The position numbers and the translations under genes were made by a program. From NCBI GenBank assembly GCA_964604155.1, contig CAZRXY010000105.1, forward strand, positions 3,123 through 67,122: a stretch of DNA of 64,000 nucleotides, in the 5' to 3' direction. Of this stretch, positions 46,059 to 55,709 are shown in pieces (position 1 is the first letter of the stretch; every line of letters starts with the position of its first letter). The DNA is from an uncultured Candidatus Cloacimonadota bacterium (lineage in GTDB: Bacteria > Cloacimonadota > Cloacimonadia > Cloacimonadales > TCS61). Below the pieces are notes generated by a model. The model had not been told where the DNA came from, searched no databases, and saw only the letters and a list, made by a program, of their open reading frames with translations.

Positions 46059-47111
46059 TCAATTAAAATAAAAACTGAATAAGCTGATGAGAATCACCGT
46101 GAGGGGTACGCAGATAATAGTTGACCAGGTGATAACGTGAGCGGTAGATTTTTTATCAATTCCATAGGGAATAAGGAACATATTAGTGCTTGTAATCGGC
46201 AAGACAGAATTAATCACGGCAACAGCAAACCAGGCAGCGGGAATGATCTTGATATAAAGCATAAAGCCTAAGATAAAGGCAAAGATAAGCGGTGTGATAA
46301 CTGCGGTAAGCAAAAATATCTGTCTTATCCAAATCCAGTGAATATTGTTTTTTACTTTTGTGATACCCAGCAGTTTTTTTAATTCGGACAATTTCAGGTC
46401 TTGCGGATGCATACCTGAGCCTACGTAGAACAGGGCAATAGGGATAGTGAGGGCGGTATAGAATCTGATAAGAGTACCCAAATTACCCAGGTCTCCAGTG
46501 GTAACACCCACACTTTTCTGCAGGATAATAGCGGCAATAACAAAAAGGATAAAATAAAAGGGGTACATTCTGAGGAACCAGGGCAGGCTATTGGTTTTTT
46601 CCATTTTTTTCTGCTCGTTTTTGTTCATGTGATTAAGAATGTATGGTACAATGGCAAACAGGATAATGCCCACAATTGCCATAATGATAGCCGCAGGCAC
46701 TTTCCAGCTTTCTATAGCCAGCATTGCTCCGCCGACAAATGCGGTGCTTCTGCCCTGATTAGTAAACACGGTTTTAAGATACAGCGTTTTTTGGGAATCC
46801 GTAAGTTTTTGTTTCTTCAATTGACTTTTGGCAAACACATAAGCGATAACATACATAGAAACTAATGCTATACTTATGAAAGTGACAAAGTGGATTTCTT
46901 CCAAGCCGATGCCTGTATCAAGAAATATCCGGAAAACGAGCACCGGAATAAAGAAGTAGAGTACAATGAGTCCTATTTTTTTCATATTGGCATCAAATTT
47001 TTCCTGCGAGAAGATTGATCTCATCAATGTTGCCACCAAAAAGCCCACTAGTATCCAGGGTAAAGTATAAAGCCCGGTGATATACGGCATAACAGATTGA
47101 ATTATGTTCAC
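46059..47111 (-). CDS. Polytopic membrane permease (about 10 TM helices; possibly AEC-like transporter)
   Basis: 350 aa and hydrophobic throughout. The family assignment is tentative. Confidence 0.6.
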   Translation of the reverse strand: MNIIQSVMPYITGLYTLPWILVGFLVATLMRSIFSQEKFDANMKKIGLIVLYFFIPVLVFRIFLDTGIGLEEIHFVTFISIALVSMYVIAYVFAKSQLKKQKLTDSQKTLYLKTVFTNQGRSTAFVGGAMLAIESWKVPAAIIMAIVGIILFAIVPYILNHMNKNEQKKMEKTNSLPWFLRMYPFYFILFVIAAIILQKSVGVTTGDLGNLGTLIRFYTALTIPIALFYVGSGMHPQDLKLSELKKLLGITKVKNNIHWIWIRQIFLLTAVITPLIFAFILGFMLYIKIIPAAWFAVAVINSVLPITSTNMFLIPYGIDKKSTAHVITWSTIICVPLTVILISLFSFYFN

Positions 47112-47160
47112 AAATTGCTCCTTTTCTTTTTGGACTTAGGATGGGTATTTCCAATTTTAT

Positions 47161-47201
47161 TGTCAAGCATAAAAAAACCCTCTGGCATTCCCCCGAATTT
47201 A
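47161..47201 (-). promoter_or_regulatory. TTGACA box (47161-47166) plus motif TAAATTCGGGGGAATGCCAG (47182-47201) in front of the permease gene
   Basis: Third copy of the motif. A hairpin, GGCTACCGTGTTCC...GGAACGGTGACC, lies just beyond it at 47215-47252. Confidence 0.4.
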
Positions 47202-47281
47202 TTTTTTCTCGGTTGGCTACCGTGTTCCATTCTTTGTTGCGGAACGGTGACCTATTTGGAATCAGGGCTTACGATTTTGGA

Positions 47282-49747
47282 CTATTTCAGGAGCAGGCAT
47301 TTGCCTGTTTTGGTAAAATCCGGTACTTGTAATTTATAGAAATATATACCAGTTGGGGCAATAGTGCCGGAATCCGTTGTTCCTTCCCAGGTTACCGTAT
47401 GAATACCTGCGTTAAGCTGATGATTGATCAGGGTTTTGATCAATTGTCCTTTCAAGTTATAAACAGTCAGTTTAACCGGTTTGTCATCAATCAGGTGGAA
47501 AGAGATTGTCGTAGCCGGGTTAAATGGATTGGGATAATTATGGAGATTTATTGAATTTGTGAGCACTTCTTCTTGGTTGTGCGTTTGTCCTGCAGGCAAA
47601 GCCAGGATTTCCACATCATCAATATTCCAGCCGCAGTATCGCCAGCCACTATCGGTTGAGCCCATAGTCCAGCGTAGATAAACGGATTGCTGGTCATCGG
47701 CAAATTCGGAGATATCCAGATTCATTTCCTGCCAATCATCATCGGTGATCTCCTGTTCATTAGTCCATATAGTCTGCCAGTTTTCATTATCATTACTTAT
47801 GCGGATATAGGCGTGGTCATAAGCGGGTTGCTCAACTCCCAGCCAGCGTCGGAATTGAAGCTGTACGCTAAACAAAGCCGTGCAATCAATGGCATTGGAG
47901 GTCAGGTGTTTTTCGCTTAGGTTATTAGGATAATCCCCCAGCAGATTGTAGCCATAAACGTTACTTCCGGTATATCCGGCAGTTGGGTCTGGCTCACCAT
48001 ACTGACCGCCACCGCCTTGAGGAATTCCCCATTCCCAGTCGGCTTCGCAGGTCCAGCCCGGGTCTTCGTCCATATTCCACAAATAATAGCCGATATGCTC
48101 TCCGACCAGCAGCAGAACCTGCCGCTGAGTATCGCCGATATGATCAGTGAGATTAATAAAATCTATCTGGGTCTGGTAGGCACCTGCAGGCAGTTCAGAA
48201 GCAGCAGGAGAAATTTCTGCAATCACAAGAGCGGCTTCGGCAGCAGCCAGAGTGCCAGAAGTATTATGGGTTAAAGAGAGCCAGTTCACCTCATCCGGTA
48301 TTATAATTTCAAATTCAATTTCATCCAGACTGCAATTCTCAAACTCCCAGGTAAAGGAATTCGGTTCAAAATCACCCCCTTCTGCCCCACTGGATTTAAA
48401 TCCTGTTTCGGGATAAACCTTAAGCCCCATATCAGAAGTTAAAGCTTTTATGCAGAAATTGGCAGTGCCATTCCAACCGGGTTGTGAAAAAGCATAATCA
48501 TAGAAATCAAGCCACAGGTTACCCACCTGATAAAAACTTTCATCAGGATTAGCAGAGGATTCTACAACAGTGCGGTATTGAGCCCCCAGGAGCACCGGGA
48601 CATCTGAAGAGCGGTCAAAGGGATAAGCCTGATCCGAAAGCTGGAGATATAGATAAAAATCATCACCTTCTGAGATAGCGAAGGGAGAATCAAGTTCTGC
48701 CGTGTGCAAGCCATAATGATCACAATACCCACTCACAGAACCTAACTGGTTTGTGAGATTGCCATCAATAAAATCATCATAGATAATTGCTTCATAAGCG
48801 ACTTCATCGTTGGCAGTAAAAAAATTGACTGCCTTGACAATTTCGCTGTTGTCTGCGATAAATTTATTGAATACTGCAAAGCCTTCTTGAAAGGTATCAC
48901 GCCAGCCATGATAGTCATGATAATAGACATTATCATACTGCATGGGTTCCACCTGCTGAAAAGAGATAGCACCCATTTCAGGATGCTGGCAGGAATATTT
49001 GTCATAATAAGAAATCCAAAAATAGCCGTCATAGCCCCAGTCTTCACCCCAACTGTTTTTGACCAGCCAGGCTCCGGGTTGTGGTGCCTGAGTATCACGA
49101 TTATCATCCCAGCCGATGATCGCTACAGCATGATTGGGCTCCATATTGCTGGTTGGCGGCTGGTAGTGATTATATTGGTAATTAATGAAGCTGTTATCAT
49201 AGCACATACAGGTACCCAGCACGCCGTGCTCCATAATGGCAGATTTGATTGAGTCTATAGCAGTGAGATTTTCACCGGCGATATACCAGATAATCTCACG
49301 GGCATAATACTTGTGATAGGAAGGATCATCACGCAAAGGAGGTGTGGCATAGGACTGACCGTCAATATCACGGACAGCTCCTTCACCGCGTGACAGATAG
49401 GCAGAAGTAACCAGATAGTCTCCGCCCATATGAACTTCCAGCCCACTACCTGAAGGGGGTTCTAGATCATCATTATTGTGCTGATTGAATCCATTCCACC
49501 AGTCCAGATGATATTCAGCGAGAGCAGGTTCGCCGGCTTCGCCGTTATTTGACCAGGAATTGTTTATCATCATGTTTCCTTCCATTGCAGCTACGGCGCT
49601 ATGCGTCCAGCAGGTACCGCCCTGCTGGTTTTTAACTGAAGTCACATAATTTATGCCATTTACATCTCTAAGATCAAAGGCAGCAGGTGGGTCGGCAATC
49701 ATAAACCCTATTGAAAACAAGAAAAAGACCAATATCATTTTTTTCAT
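47282..49747 (-). CDS. Secreted papain-family (C1) cysteine peptidase with a MAM-like domain and a T9SS-type C-terminal domain
   Basis: Signal peptide MKKMILVFFLFSIGFMIA. Catalytic NQQGGTCWTHSA (Cys), NHAVAIIGWDD (His) and VKNSWGEDWGYDGYFWISY (Asn/Trp). Tail LHNYPNPFNPATTISFHL...GIYFYKL...KCLLLK. Confidence 0.9.
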   Translation of the reverse strand: MKKMILVFFLFSIGFMIADPPAAFDLRDVNGINYVTSVKNQQGGTCWTHSAVAAMEGNMMINNSWSNNGEAGEPALAEYHLDWWNGFNQHNNDDLEPPSGSGLEVHMGGDYLVTSAYLSRGEGAVRDIDGQSYATPPLRDDPSYHKYYAREIIWYIAGENLTAIDSIKSAIMEHGVLGTCMCYDNSFINYQYNHYQPPTSNMEPNHAVAIIGWDDNRDTQAPQPGAWLVKNSWGEDWGYDGYFWISYYDKYSCQHPEMGAISFQQVEPMQYDNVYYHDYHGWRDTFQEGFAVFNKFIADNSEIVKAVNFFTANDEVAYEAIIYDDFIDGNLTNQLGSVSGYCDHYGLHTAELDSPFAISEGDDFYLYLQLSDQAYPFDRSSDVPVLLGAQYRTVVESSANPDESFYQVGNLWLDFYDYAFSQPGWNGTANFCIKALTSDMGLKVYPETGFKSSGAEGGDFEPNSFTWEFENCSLDEIEFEIIIPDEVNWLSLTHNTSGTLAAAEAALVIAEISPAASELPAGAYQTQIDFINLTDHIGDTQRQVLLLVGEHIGYYLWNMDEDPGWTCEADWEWGIPQGGGGQYGEPDPTAGYTGSNVYGYNLLGDYPNNLSEKHLTSNAIDCTALFSVQLQFRRWLGVEQPAYDHAYIRISNDNENWQTIWTNEQEITDDDWQEMNLDISEFADDQQSVYLRWTMGSTDSGWRYCGWNIDDVEILALPAGQTHNQEEVLTNSINLHNYPNPFNPATTISFHLIDDKPVKLTVYNLKGQLIKTLINHQLNAGIHTVTWEGTTDSGTIAPTGIYFYKLQVPDFTKTGKCLLLK

Positions 49748-49868
49748 ACTATCTCCAGTTCTTTATTTACCACATGGAAAGGGTCTATATCATTATGCGA
49801 TAATTTGTGTCAACCAGCTTTTTTTACTTTGTTATTTTTCCCCCTGATATGTGAGGGTAAATTATACC

Positions 49869-49874
49869 TTGACA
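49869..49874 (+). promoter_or_regulatory. TTGACA -35-like box upstream of the long + strand operon starting at 49918
   Basis: An exact TTGACA lies 44 nt upstream of the TTG at 49918. Confidence 0.3.
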
Positions 49875-49917
49875 ATGGAGATAGGATATTTTTTGTGAAC
49901 TTGTCTGGGTAAGTATA

Positions 49918-50847
49918 TTGATAAGGAAGTTTATGGGCATAAAATTTGAGAAAGGTAGAGGATATTCACTCGATGTGAGATTCGGCAGTAGTATGCTGCT
50001 AGTGGCGTTGTTGCTGGTATTGGCATTAGTAGCTGTATTCGCGGGGGGTGTGATATATATACAAAGGGGTTATAATGATCTGGCTATATCTCAGCAGGTG
50101 ATGCTTGAGAATAGTGAGCTTAGGGAGCGGATTACTGCATTAAACGGCGAATTAGATTCTATAATGATAAAATTGGATTTAATGGAGCGTTGGGAAGATG
50201 ACATGCGGTCTCGGGAAAATTTTAAAGAGATCAATAAAGAAGTGCGTGAGATGGGAATAGGCGGATTACCGCAGATAGACAGCGAACTCAGGTTGCGAGA
50301 TGAGGGAACTAATCTGGCATATAATGTATTGGTTAACAGGCTCAATCATTTGAGAGCCAAGGTGGAATATAACTATCAGACGCATGAGGAACTGCACACA
50401 AATTATCAATTGCGGAGTGATCTGTATCGCAGTACACCCTCGATATATCCCACTTTTGGCAGGATATCCTCGCCTTATGGGCGTCGCAGGCATCCATTAA
50501 CAGGCAAGCAGGATTTTCATTATGGCATAGATTTGGCAAACAAGGTTGGGACTCCTGTCTATGCGACTGCGGCTGGAGAAGTGATCAAGACAGGCAGAAC
50601 TTCCAAGATGGGCAGATATATCAGGATACGTCATGATTTTGGTTTTGAGACTGTGTATGGTCATTTGAGCCGCATTATGGTAGAGAAAGGACATGAAGTG
50701 GAAAAGGGTCAGATCATAGCGAAGATGGGTAATACGGGAGATTCTACTGGTCCTCATCTTCATTATGAGGTACACCGTTATAACCGTTATCGCAATCCTT
50801 CGAGTTATTTCAGCCAGGAGCGTGAAGATATAACGCTCACAAATTAG
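49918..50847 (+). CDS. M23 family peptidase with N-terminal TM helix and coiled coil (EnvC/NlpD-like)
   Basis: HYGIDLA...GPHLHYEV. TTG start at 49918; an alternative ATG is at 49933. Confidence 0.85.
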   Translation: MIRKFMGIKFEKGRGYSLDVRFGSSMLLVALLLVLALVAVFAGGVIYIQRGYNDLAISQQVMLENSELRERITALNGELDSIMIKLDLMERWEDDMRSRENFKEINKEVREMGIGGLPQIDSELRLRDEGTNLAYNVLVNRLNHLRAKVEYNYQTHEELHTNYQLRSDLYRSTPSIYPTFGRISSPYGRRRHPLTGKQDFHYGIDLANKVGTPVYATAAGEVIKTGRTSKMGRYIRIRHDFGFETVYGHLSRIMVEKGHEVEKGQIIAKMGNTGDSTGPHLHYEVHRYNRYRNPSSYFSQEREDITLTN

Positions 50848-50855
50848 AGGTATAA

Positions 50856-51749
50856 ATGGGAAAAAGCAGGATGCTCTTGAAACGAGATATCAAAGAGAAG
50901 AAAGAATTAGTGAATATCGAGATGGATCGCTATTTACCGCGAAAGGATGAGTATCCCAAGCAAATTCACAAAGCAATACGACACACTCTGTTTGCCGGTG
51001 GTAAAAGATTACGACCCTACTTGATGATTCACACATATTTGCTATTTTCCCGGACAGTAGAGAAGATACTTCCAATAGCCGGTGCTTTGGAGATGCTTCA
51101 CACTTATACGCTTATCCATGATGATCTGCCGGATATAGATAATGACGAATATCGCCGTGGTAAAAAGGCATGTCATGTGATATATGGCTCCGATATTGCA
51201 TTACTGGCGGGTGATTCTTTGCTGGTATATGCGATAGAATCAATAAATTCAGCAGAAATAGACGAGAAATTAAAATTGCAATTAGTAAGAGAATTTTGTG
51301 AAGAAACCGGGCACAGAGGTTTGATAGCCGGTCAAATAGTTGATATAGCATCAGAGGGCAAAAAAATTAGCGAGAAGGATTTAAAATATATTCACACAAA
51401 TAAGACCGGCAAATTGATCAATCTTGCAATCCGGTTTGGCTGTCTTTTGGGCAAGGCATCAGAAGCAGATATGGAAAATATGAAAGTTTTTGGAGACAAG
51501 CTTGGTCTTGCGTTTCAGATCATGGATGATATTCTGGATATAGAGGGAGATCTGGCGACTTTAGGAAAAAGCGTGGGTAAAGATGAAAATTCGCAGAAGG
51601 CTACCTATCCTGCGTTTGCCGGTTTGGAAGAATCAAGGGAGAAAGCGGAGAGGCTGATATCCGGTGCTCGTGAGAGATTAGAGAAATACGGAGAAAAGGC
51701 AATCTATCTTGATTTGCTGGCAGAATTTATCATAACGCGTAAGTATTAG
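50856..51749 (+). CDS. ispA: Polyprenyl (farnesyl/geranylgeranyl) diphosphate synthase
   Basis: LIHDDLPDIDNDEYRRG and FQIMDDILD aspartate-rich motifs. Confidence 0.9.
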   Translation: MGKSRMLLKRDIKEKKELVNIEMDRYLPRKDEYPKQIHKAIRHTLFAGGKRLRPYLMIHTYLLFSRTVEKILPIAGALEMLHTYTLIHDDLPDIDNDEYRRGKKACHVIYGSDIALLAGDSLLVYAIESINSAEIDEKLKLQLVREFCEETGHRGLIAGQIVDIASEGKKISEKDLKYIHTNKTGKLINLAIRFGCLLGKASEADMENMKVFGDKLGLAFQIMDDILDIEGDLATLGKSVGKDENSQKATYPAFAGLEESREKAERLISGARERLEKYGEKAIYLDLLAEFIITRKY

Positions 51750-51751
51750 TA

Positions 51752-52189
51752 ATGAATATCGGCATAAAACTATTATCTCCCTTAGCGAGAATACCGCAGA
51801 AAATGAGTGAAAATTCATCGGGCTATGATCTATTTGCGGCAGAACCAAAAGAGATCATTATGAAACCAGGCGATATCAAACTTGTATCTACGGGAATAGC
51901 GATAAGCCTGGAGCCGGGTTATGAGGCGCAGGTGAGACCCCGAAGCGGTTTGGCGATCAAGCACGGTATAGGTATATTAAATTCACCTGGCACGATAGAT
52001 TCTGATTACCGGGGAGAGATCAAAGTGATATTGTTCAATTTTGGTGAAGAGGAATTTGGAATTGAGCCAGGGATGCGGATAGCACAGCTTGTGGTAGCCA
52101 GATATGAGGCTGTAGAATTTTGTGAGCTTTTGGAATTAAATGCGACGGATCGAGGAGCCGGGGGATTTGGGCATACCGGAGTAAAATAA
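51752..52189 (+). CDS. dut: dUTP diphosphatase
   Basis: SSGYDL...PRSGLA.KHGI...GTIDSDYRGEI...RIAQLV...RGAGGFGHTG. Confidence 0.95.
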   Translation: MNIGIKLLSPLARIPQKMSENSSGYDLFAAEPKEIIMKPGDIKLVSTGIAISLEPGYEAQVRPRSGLAIKHGIGILNSPGTIDSDYRGEIKVILFNFGEEEFGIEPGMRIAQLVVARYEAVEFCELLELNATDRGAGGFGHTGVK

Positions 52190-53094
52190 TGGTGCAGGCA
52201 GACATATTTAAGCGGATAGAAGAGCTGAAACAAGCGAAGAATGCTGTGATACTGGCGCATAATTATCAGGAATTAGCGATTCAGAAGGTTGCCGATTTCA
52301 CGGGCGATTCGCTTCAGCTTTCGCAGATTGCATCAGGTCTGGAGCATGAGATCATCGTATTTTGCGGAGTATGTTTTATGGCAGAGACAGCCAAGCTTTT
52401 GAAACCCAAAGCAAAGGTTCTGCTTCCGGTGATAGATGCCGGCTGTCCTATGGCAGATATGATCACCGGCAGTCAGGTGCGAGAATTCAAAGCAGGTTAT
52501 GCTGACCCTGTAGTAGTTTGCTACGTGAATTCATCTGTGGAAGTGAAGGCAGAATCAGATATTTGCTGCACTTCCGGTAATGCCATAAAGGTAATAAATT
52601 CAATACCGGCAGATAAGCAGATACTCTTTGTGCCAGATAGAAATCTGGGCAGCTATGCCGCCAAGATCACAAAAAGGTCAATCAAGTTATGGCAGGGCTA
52701 TTGCAACGTGCATGAATTCATCACGGAATCTGAAGTGAAGCGGGCGAAACAGAGATATCCTGGTTATAAATTTATCGCTCATCCCGAATGTAATCCGCAA
52801 GTATTGGAGATGGCAGATTTGGTGGCTTCCACTAAGGGAATGATAGATTATGTACAGGAGCATGACGGAGTGATAATAGGGACAGAGACGGGATTATATT
52901 TCCAATTGCATGACGCCTATCCTGAGAAGAAGCTGGCACCGGTGAGTGAAAAAGCGGTATGCGTAAACATGAAAAAGACAAAGCTGCAGGATGTATTAAG
53001 GTCTCTGGAAGAGGAAGAATTTAGTATAGAAATACCTGCGGAAATAGCGGCAAGGGCTTTGCAATCCGTGGAAAAGATGCTGAGAATCAGATAA
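52189..53094 (+). CDS. nadA: Quinolinate synthase (canonical copy)
   Basis: AHNYQ...GDSLQL...CGVCFMAETAKLL...DAGCPMA...CYVNSS...CCTSGNA...GYCNVH...AHPEC...GTETG. Confidence 0.9.
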   Translation: MVQADIFKRIEELKQAKNAVILAHNYQELAIQKVADFTGDSLQLSQIASGLEHEIIVFCGVCFMAETAKLLKPKAKVLLPVIDAGCPMADMITGSQVREFKAGYADPVVVCYVNSSVEVKAESDICCTSGNAIKVINSIPADKQILFVPDRNLGSYAAKITKRSIKLWQGYCNVHEFITESEVKRAKQRYPGYKFIAHPECNPQVLEMADLVASTKGMIDYVQEHDGVIIGTETGLYFQLHDAYPEKKLAPVSEKAVCVNMKKTKLQDVLRSLEEEEFSIEIPAEIAARALQSVEKMLRIR

Positions 53095-53718
53095 TTGCCG
53101 GCAAGCAGAAATAATAGAGCGGTAGAATTACCATTTGGCAGGACTATATATCAAAGTGAGCGGGGACAAGGAATAAGCAGCGATAGTTCTTATTTGGTCC
53201 ACACTATTTTGGAGGAAGAAAAAAGCGAGACAAACAGACTTTTGGAATTGGGTAGTGGTAATGGGATTATATCTATAATGCTCAAGCATTATAGAAGCGG
53301 CTGGGACATATCCGGCATAGAAATACAATCAGAACTGACAGAACTGGCAAAAGCCAATGCTTTAATATGCGATTTTGAAATAGACTTCTCTAACAGCGAT
53401 ATCAAAGAATTTTGCTCAGAGCGAAAATACTCATTGATAGTGACAAATCCGCCTTATCTTTCTGCTCATTCAGGGAAGATAAGCCCTATATATGAACGGG
53501 CTATAGCGAGGCATGAGATTCTCTGTAATCTGGCAGATATTATTCGCAATATGGGCAGAAACCTGCATGATGGCGGCAGGGGCTACATGATAAATCTCAC
53601 AGCCCGCACTGCAGAAATCGAGAAACAGGCGGAAGAAGAAAATATGGTGCTTGACAAAATTTTTAGTAATAATTCCTGTTCAATGAGTAAAACGAGTATA
53701 TACAGGATAGGAAAATGA
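53095..53718 (+). CDS. Class I SAM-dependent methyltransferase with NPPY motif (N6-adenine / TrmN6-like)
   Basis: LELGSGNGIISIML...IVTNPPYL. TTG start directly after the nadA stop. Confidence 0.65.
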   Translation: MPASRNNRAVELPFGRTIYQSERGQGISSDSSYLVHTILEEEKSETNRLLELGSGNGIISIMLKHYRSGWDISGIEIQSELTELAKANALICDFEIDFSNSDIKEFCSERKYSLIVTNPPYLSAHSGKISPIYERAIARHEILCNLADIIRNMGRNLHDGGRGYMINLTARTAEIEKQAEEENMVLDKIFSNNSCSMSKTSIYRIGK

Positions 53719-54326
53719 TAGAGCTGAGAGGATTTGAAATAGCCGGCAGCCATAATTTCAGGTTGCGGGTGCAGGAGCTGAAATTAAACAGCGGTCAGTT
53801 CATCCAGATATATGGCAATAATAATTCTGGTAAGAGCATATTATTGAAAACATTAGCAGGTTATTATCCAAATTATAGCGGGGATTTGTTTTATAATGGG
53901 ATACCGGAAAAACCGGGAAATTACAGTGTAATATTGATAAATGATTATTTGGCAGGATTTACGCGGCAAAGTGTGAGATATAATTTATATCTGCCACTGG
54001 GGCGGATAAGCGGCAGAAAGAAGGAAAAGCTGCAGGAATTGCTTAATCAAGCCGGTTTAAACGAATTGTTAGATAAGAAATATGGCTCATTATCCCGTTC
54101 AGAAGGTAAGAGTATTGAATTAATTCGTGCTGTAATTCAGCAGCCTCATTTTTTACTTTTTGATGATTTTGAGACATATTTTGATAACACGAGTTTAAAT
54201 AATCTTACTGGAGCCTTTGATTATGCAGCCAAGGCAGGCACGGCGTTGGTAATAACGGGGCGTAAGAAATTTGAAGGCGTCACAAACAGCTATATAATTA
54301 ATGCCGGAGACGTGGTGAAGCTATGA
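53715..54326 (+). CDS. FtsE-like ABC ATPase with degenerate catalytic motifs
   Basis: Walker A GNNNSGKS and signature-like LSRSEGKS. Walker B FLLFDDFE has D where the catalytic E is expected. There is no H-loop histidine (ALVITGRK). Confidence 0.6.
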   Translation: MIELRGFEIAGSHNFRLRVQELKLNSGQFIQIYGNNNSGKSILLKTLAGYYPNYSGDLFYNGIPEKPGNYSVILINDYLAGFTRQSVRYNLYLPLGRISGRKKEKLQELLNQAGLNELLDKKYGSLSRSEGKSIELIRAVIQQPHFLLFDDFETYFDNTSLNNLTGAFDYAAKAGTALVITGRKKFEGVTNSYIINAGDVVKL

Positions 54327-55147
54327 AAATAAGATTTATTATTCAGATGCTGATAATTCTTGTATTGGTGCTGGTGAATGATGGTATCTATTATCTGCGG
54401 AATTTTAGTGAAGCAGAATTAGCTCAAAGAGAGGAGGCTGCCTATATTACAATAACTGAAAACCCGGCAATACTAATAGTTTCTGGTGAACATTCAGCCG
54501 CAATCAGCGAAAAAATTGGCAATCTCTATTTTGTGGAGGAGGTGAAGCTTCAGGATAAGCAGGCACTGGTGGATGCACTTTGTGATCAATATCAGCTTGA
54601 TGAAGCCAGGATGCTGCTGGATGATCTTAATTTACCTGCCGTATTGGAAATCTATTTTTCTGCGTACCGGTTTGGTACAATAGAATCCGACCTGTTTTTG
54701 CAAGCTGCCGAAGGTGAAACAGGGATTTATCAGATGATTTACACAGAAGAAAATTATGTGTCTGCCTGGCAGTCATTGACAAGGATACTACAAATCCAGG
54801 GAAAAATGGAGACTTATCTGCCGCGATTATATATAGCTTTGGGGATATTGGTATTGGTGATCACAGGATATTTCAGGATTAGCTATGAGACAAGGAATCT
54901 CAAATACTGGAAAGTGTATATCCGCTCCGGTGGTCATCTGAGGCAAAAAAGACTTGTCCAGATCATGAATTCATTGCTTCTGGTTCTATTGCCGCTGGTA
55001 GCAGTGCTGGGAATGGAATATTATCTATTTTACGGAGGTTATCTGGATTATAGCCCGGATTTCTGGTTTCACATTATCAGGGCGGCAGCATTGACAACCG
55101 TTAGCGTTACCTCGCTTTTAACGCTCAGGAGAATTAGCTATGCTTAA
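54323..55147 (+). CDS. FtsX-like membrane protein (TM1, large loop, three C-terminal TM helices)
   Basis: The topology matches FtsX, and the gene is translationally coupled to the ATPase-like gene by a 4-nt overlap. Confidence 0.5.
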   Translation: MKIRFIIQMLIILVLVLVNDGIYYLRNFSEAELAQREEAAYITITENPAILIVSGEHSAAISEKIGNLYFVEEVKLQDKQALVDALCDQYQLDEARMLLDDLNLPAVLEIYFSAYRFGTIESDLFLQAAEGETGIYQMIYTEENYVSAWQSLTRILQIQGKMETYLPRLYIALGILVLVITGYFRISYETRNLKYWKVYIRSGGHLRQKRLVQIMNSLLLVLLPLVAVLGMEYYLFYGGYLDYSPDFWFHIIRAAALTTVSVTSLLTLRRISYA

Positions 55148-55709
55148 ATATATACCTAATATTCTCACAACTCTAAGGATTGTTCTGGTGCCTGTATTTG
55201 TCTGGTTTTTCTTCTTTCCAGTTCTTAGCAATCATTTATTATGGGCAGCAGTGATCTTTATTATTGCCGAGATCACGGATTATCTGGATGGAATGATAGC
55301 GCGTAAGTATAATATTATCAGCAATTATGGCAAAGTGATGGATCCTTTGGCAGATAAGCTGCTAACAGGTGCAGCTTTAGTAGGCATCACGGTAACTCCT
55401 TATAATCTCGCCAGCGTTTATGCTGTAATCGTTATTCTTTTCCGTGAAATTGCTGTATCCCTGCTCCGGCAGGTATATGTTAAAAGAAAAATATATATGC
55501 CGGCAAATAACTGGGGTAAATTGAAAACAGTTACCCAGATGGTGGGATTGACTATTGCCTTGGTCTATCTGGCAATAACGCCTCAGGAAAGTGTACTGAT
55601 ATCTCTTATCTTCTATTACTATTTCTGGTTCGTTGCTTTGGTAACAGCTTTTTCGGGTGTTAGCTATTTTTTACCTTTATTTTTATCAGGCAGCCGGGAG
55701 GAACAATGA
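55140..55709 (+). CDS. pgsA: CDP-diacylglycerol--glycerol-3-phosphate 3-phosphatidyltransferase
   Basis: DYLDGMIARKYNIISNYGKVMDPLADK, the CDP-alcohol phosphatidyltransferase motif. Confidence 0.85.
   Translation: MLKYIPNILTTLRIVLVPVFVWFFFFPVLSNHLLWAAVIFIIAEITDYLDGMIARKYNIISNYGKVMDPLADKLLTGAALVGITVTPYNLASVYAVIVILFREIAVSLLRQVYVKRKIYMPANNWGKLKTVTQMVGLTIALVYLAITPQESVLISLIFYYYFWFVALVTAFSGVSYFLPLFLSGSREEQ

Noticed and set aside
47211-47252. Hairpin upstream of the permease promoter as a third copy of the TTGCGAA/TTCGCAA palindrome element.
   Set aside because: Only about 9 of 13 core positions match by eye. It occupies an analogous position but its homology is not demonstrable without an alignment tool, so it is recorded as a hairpin only.
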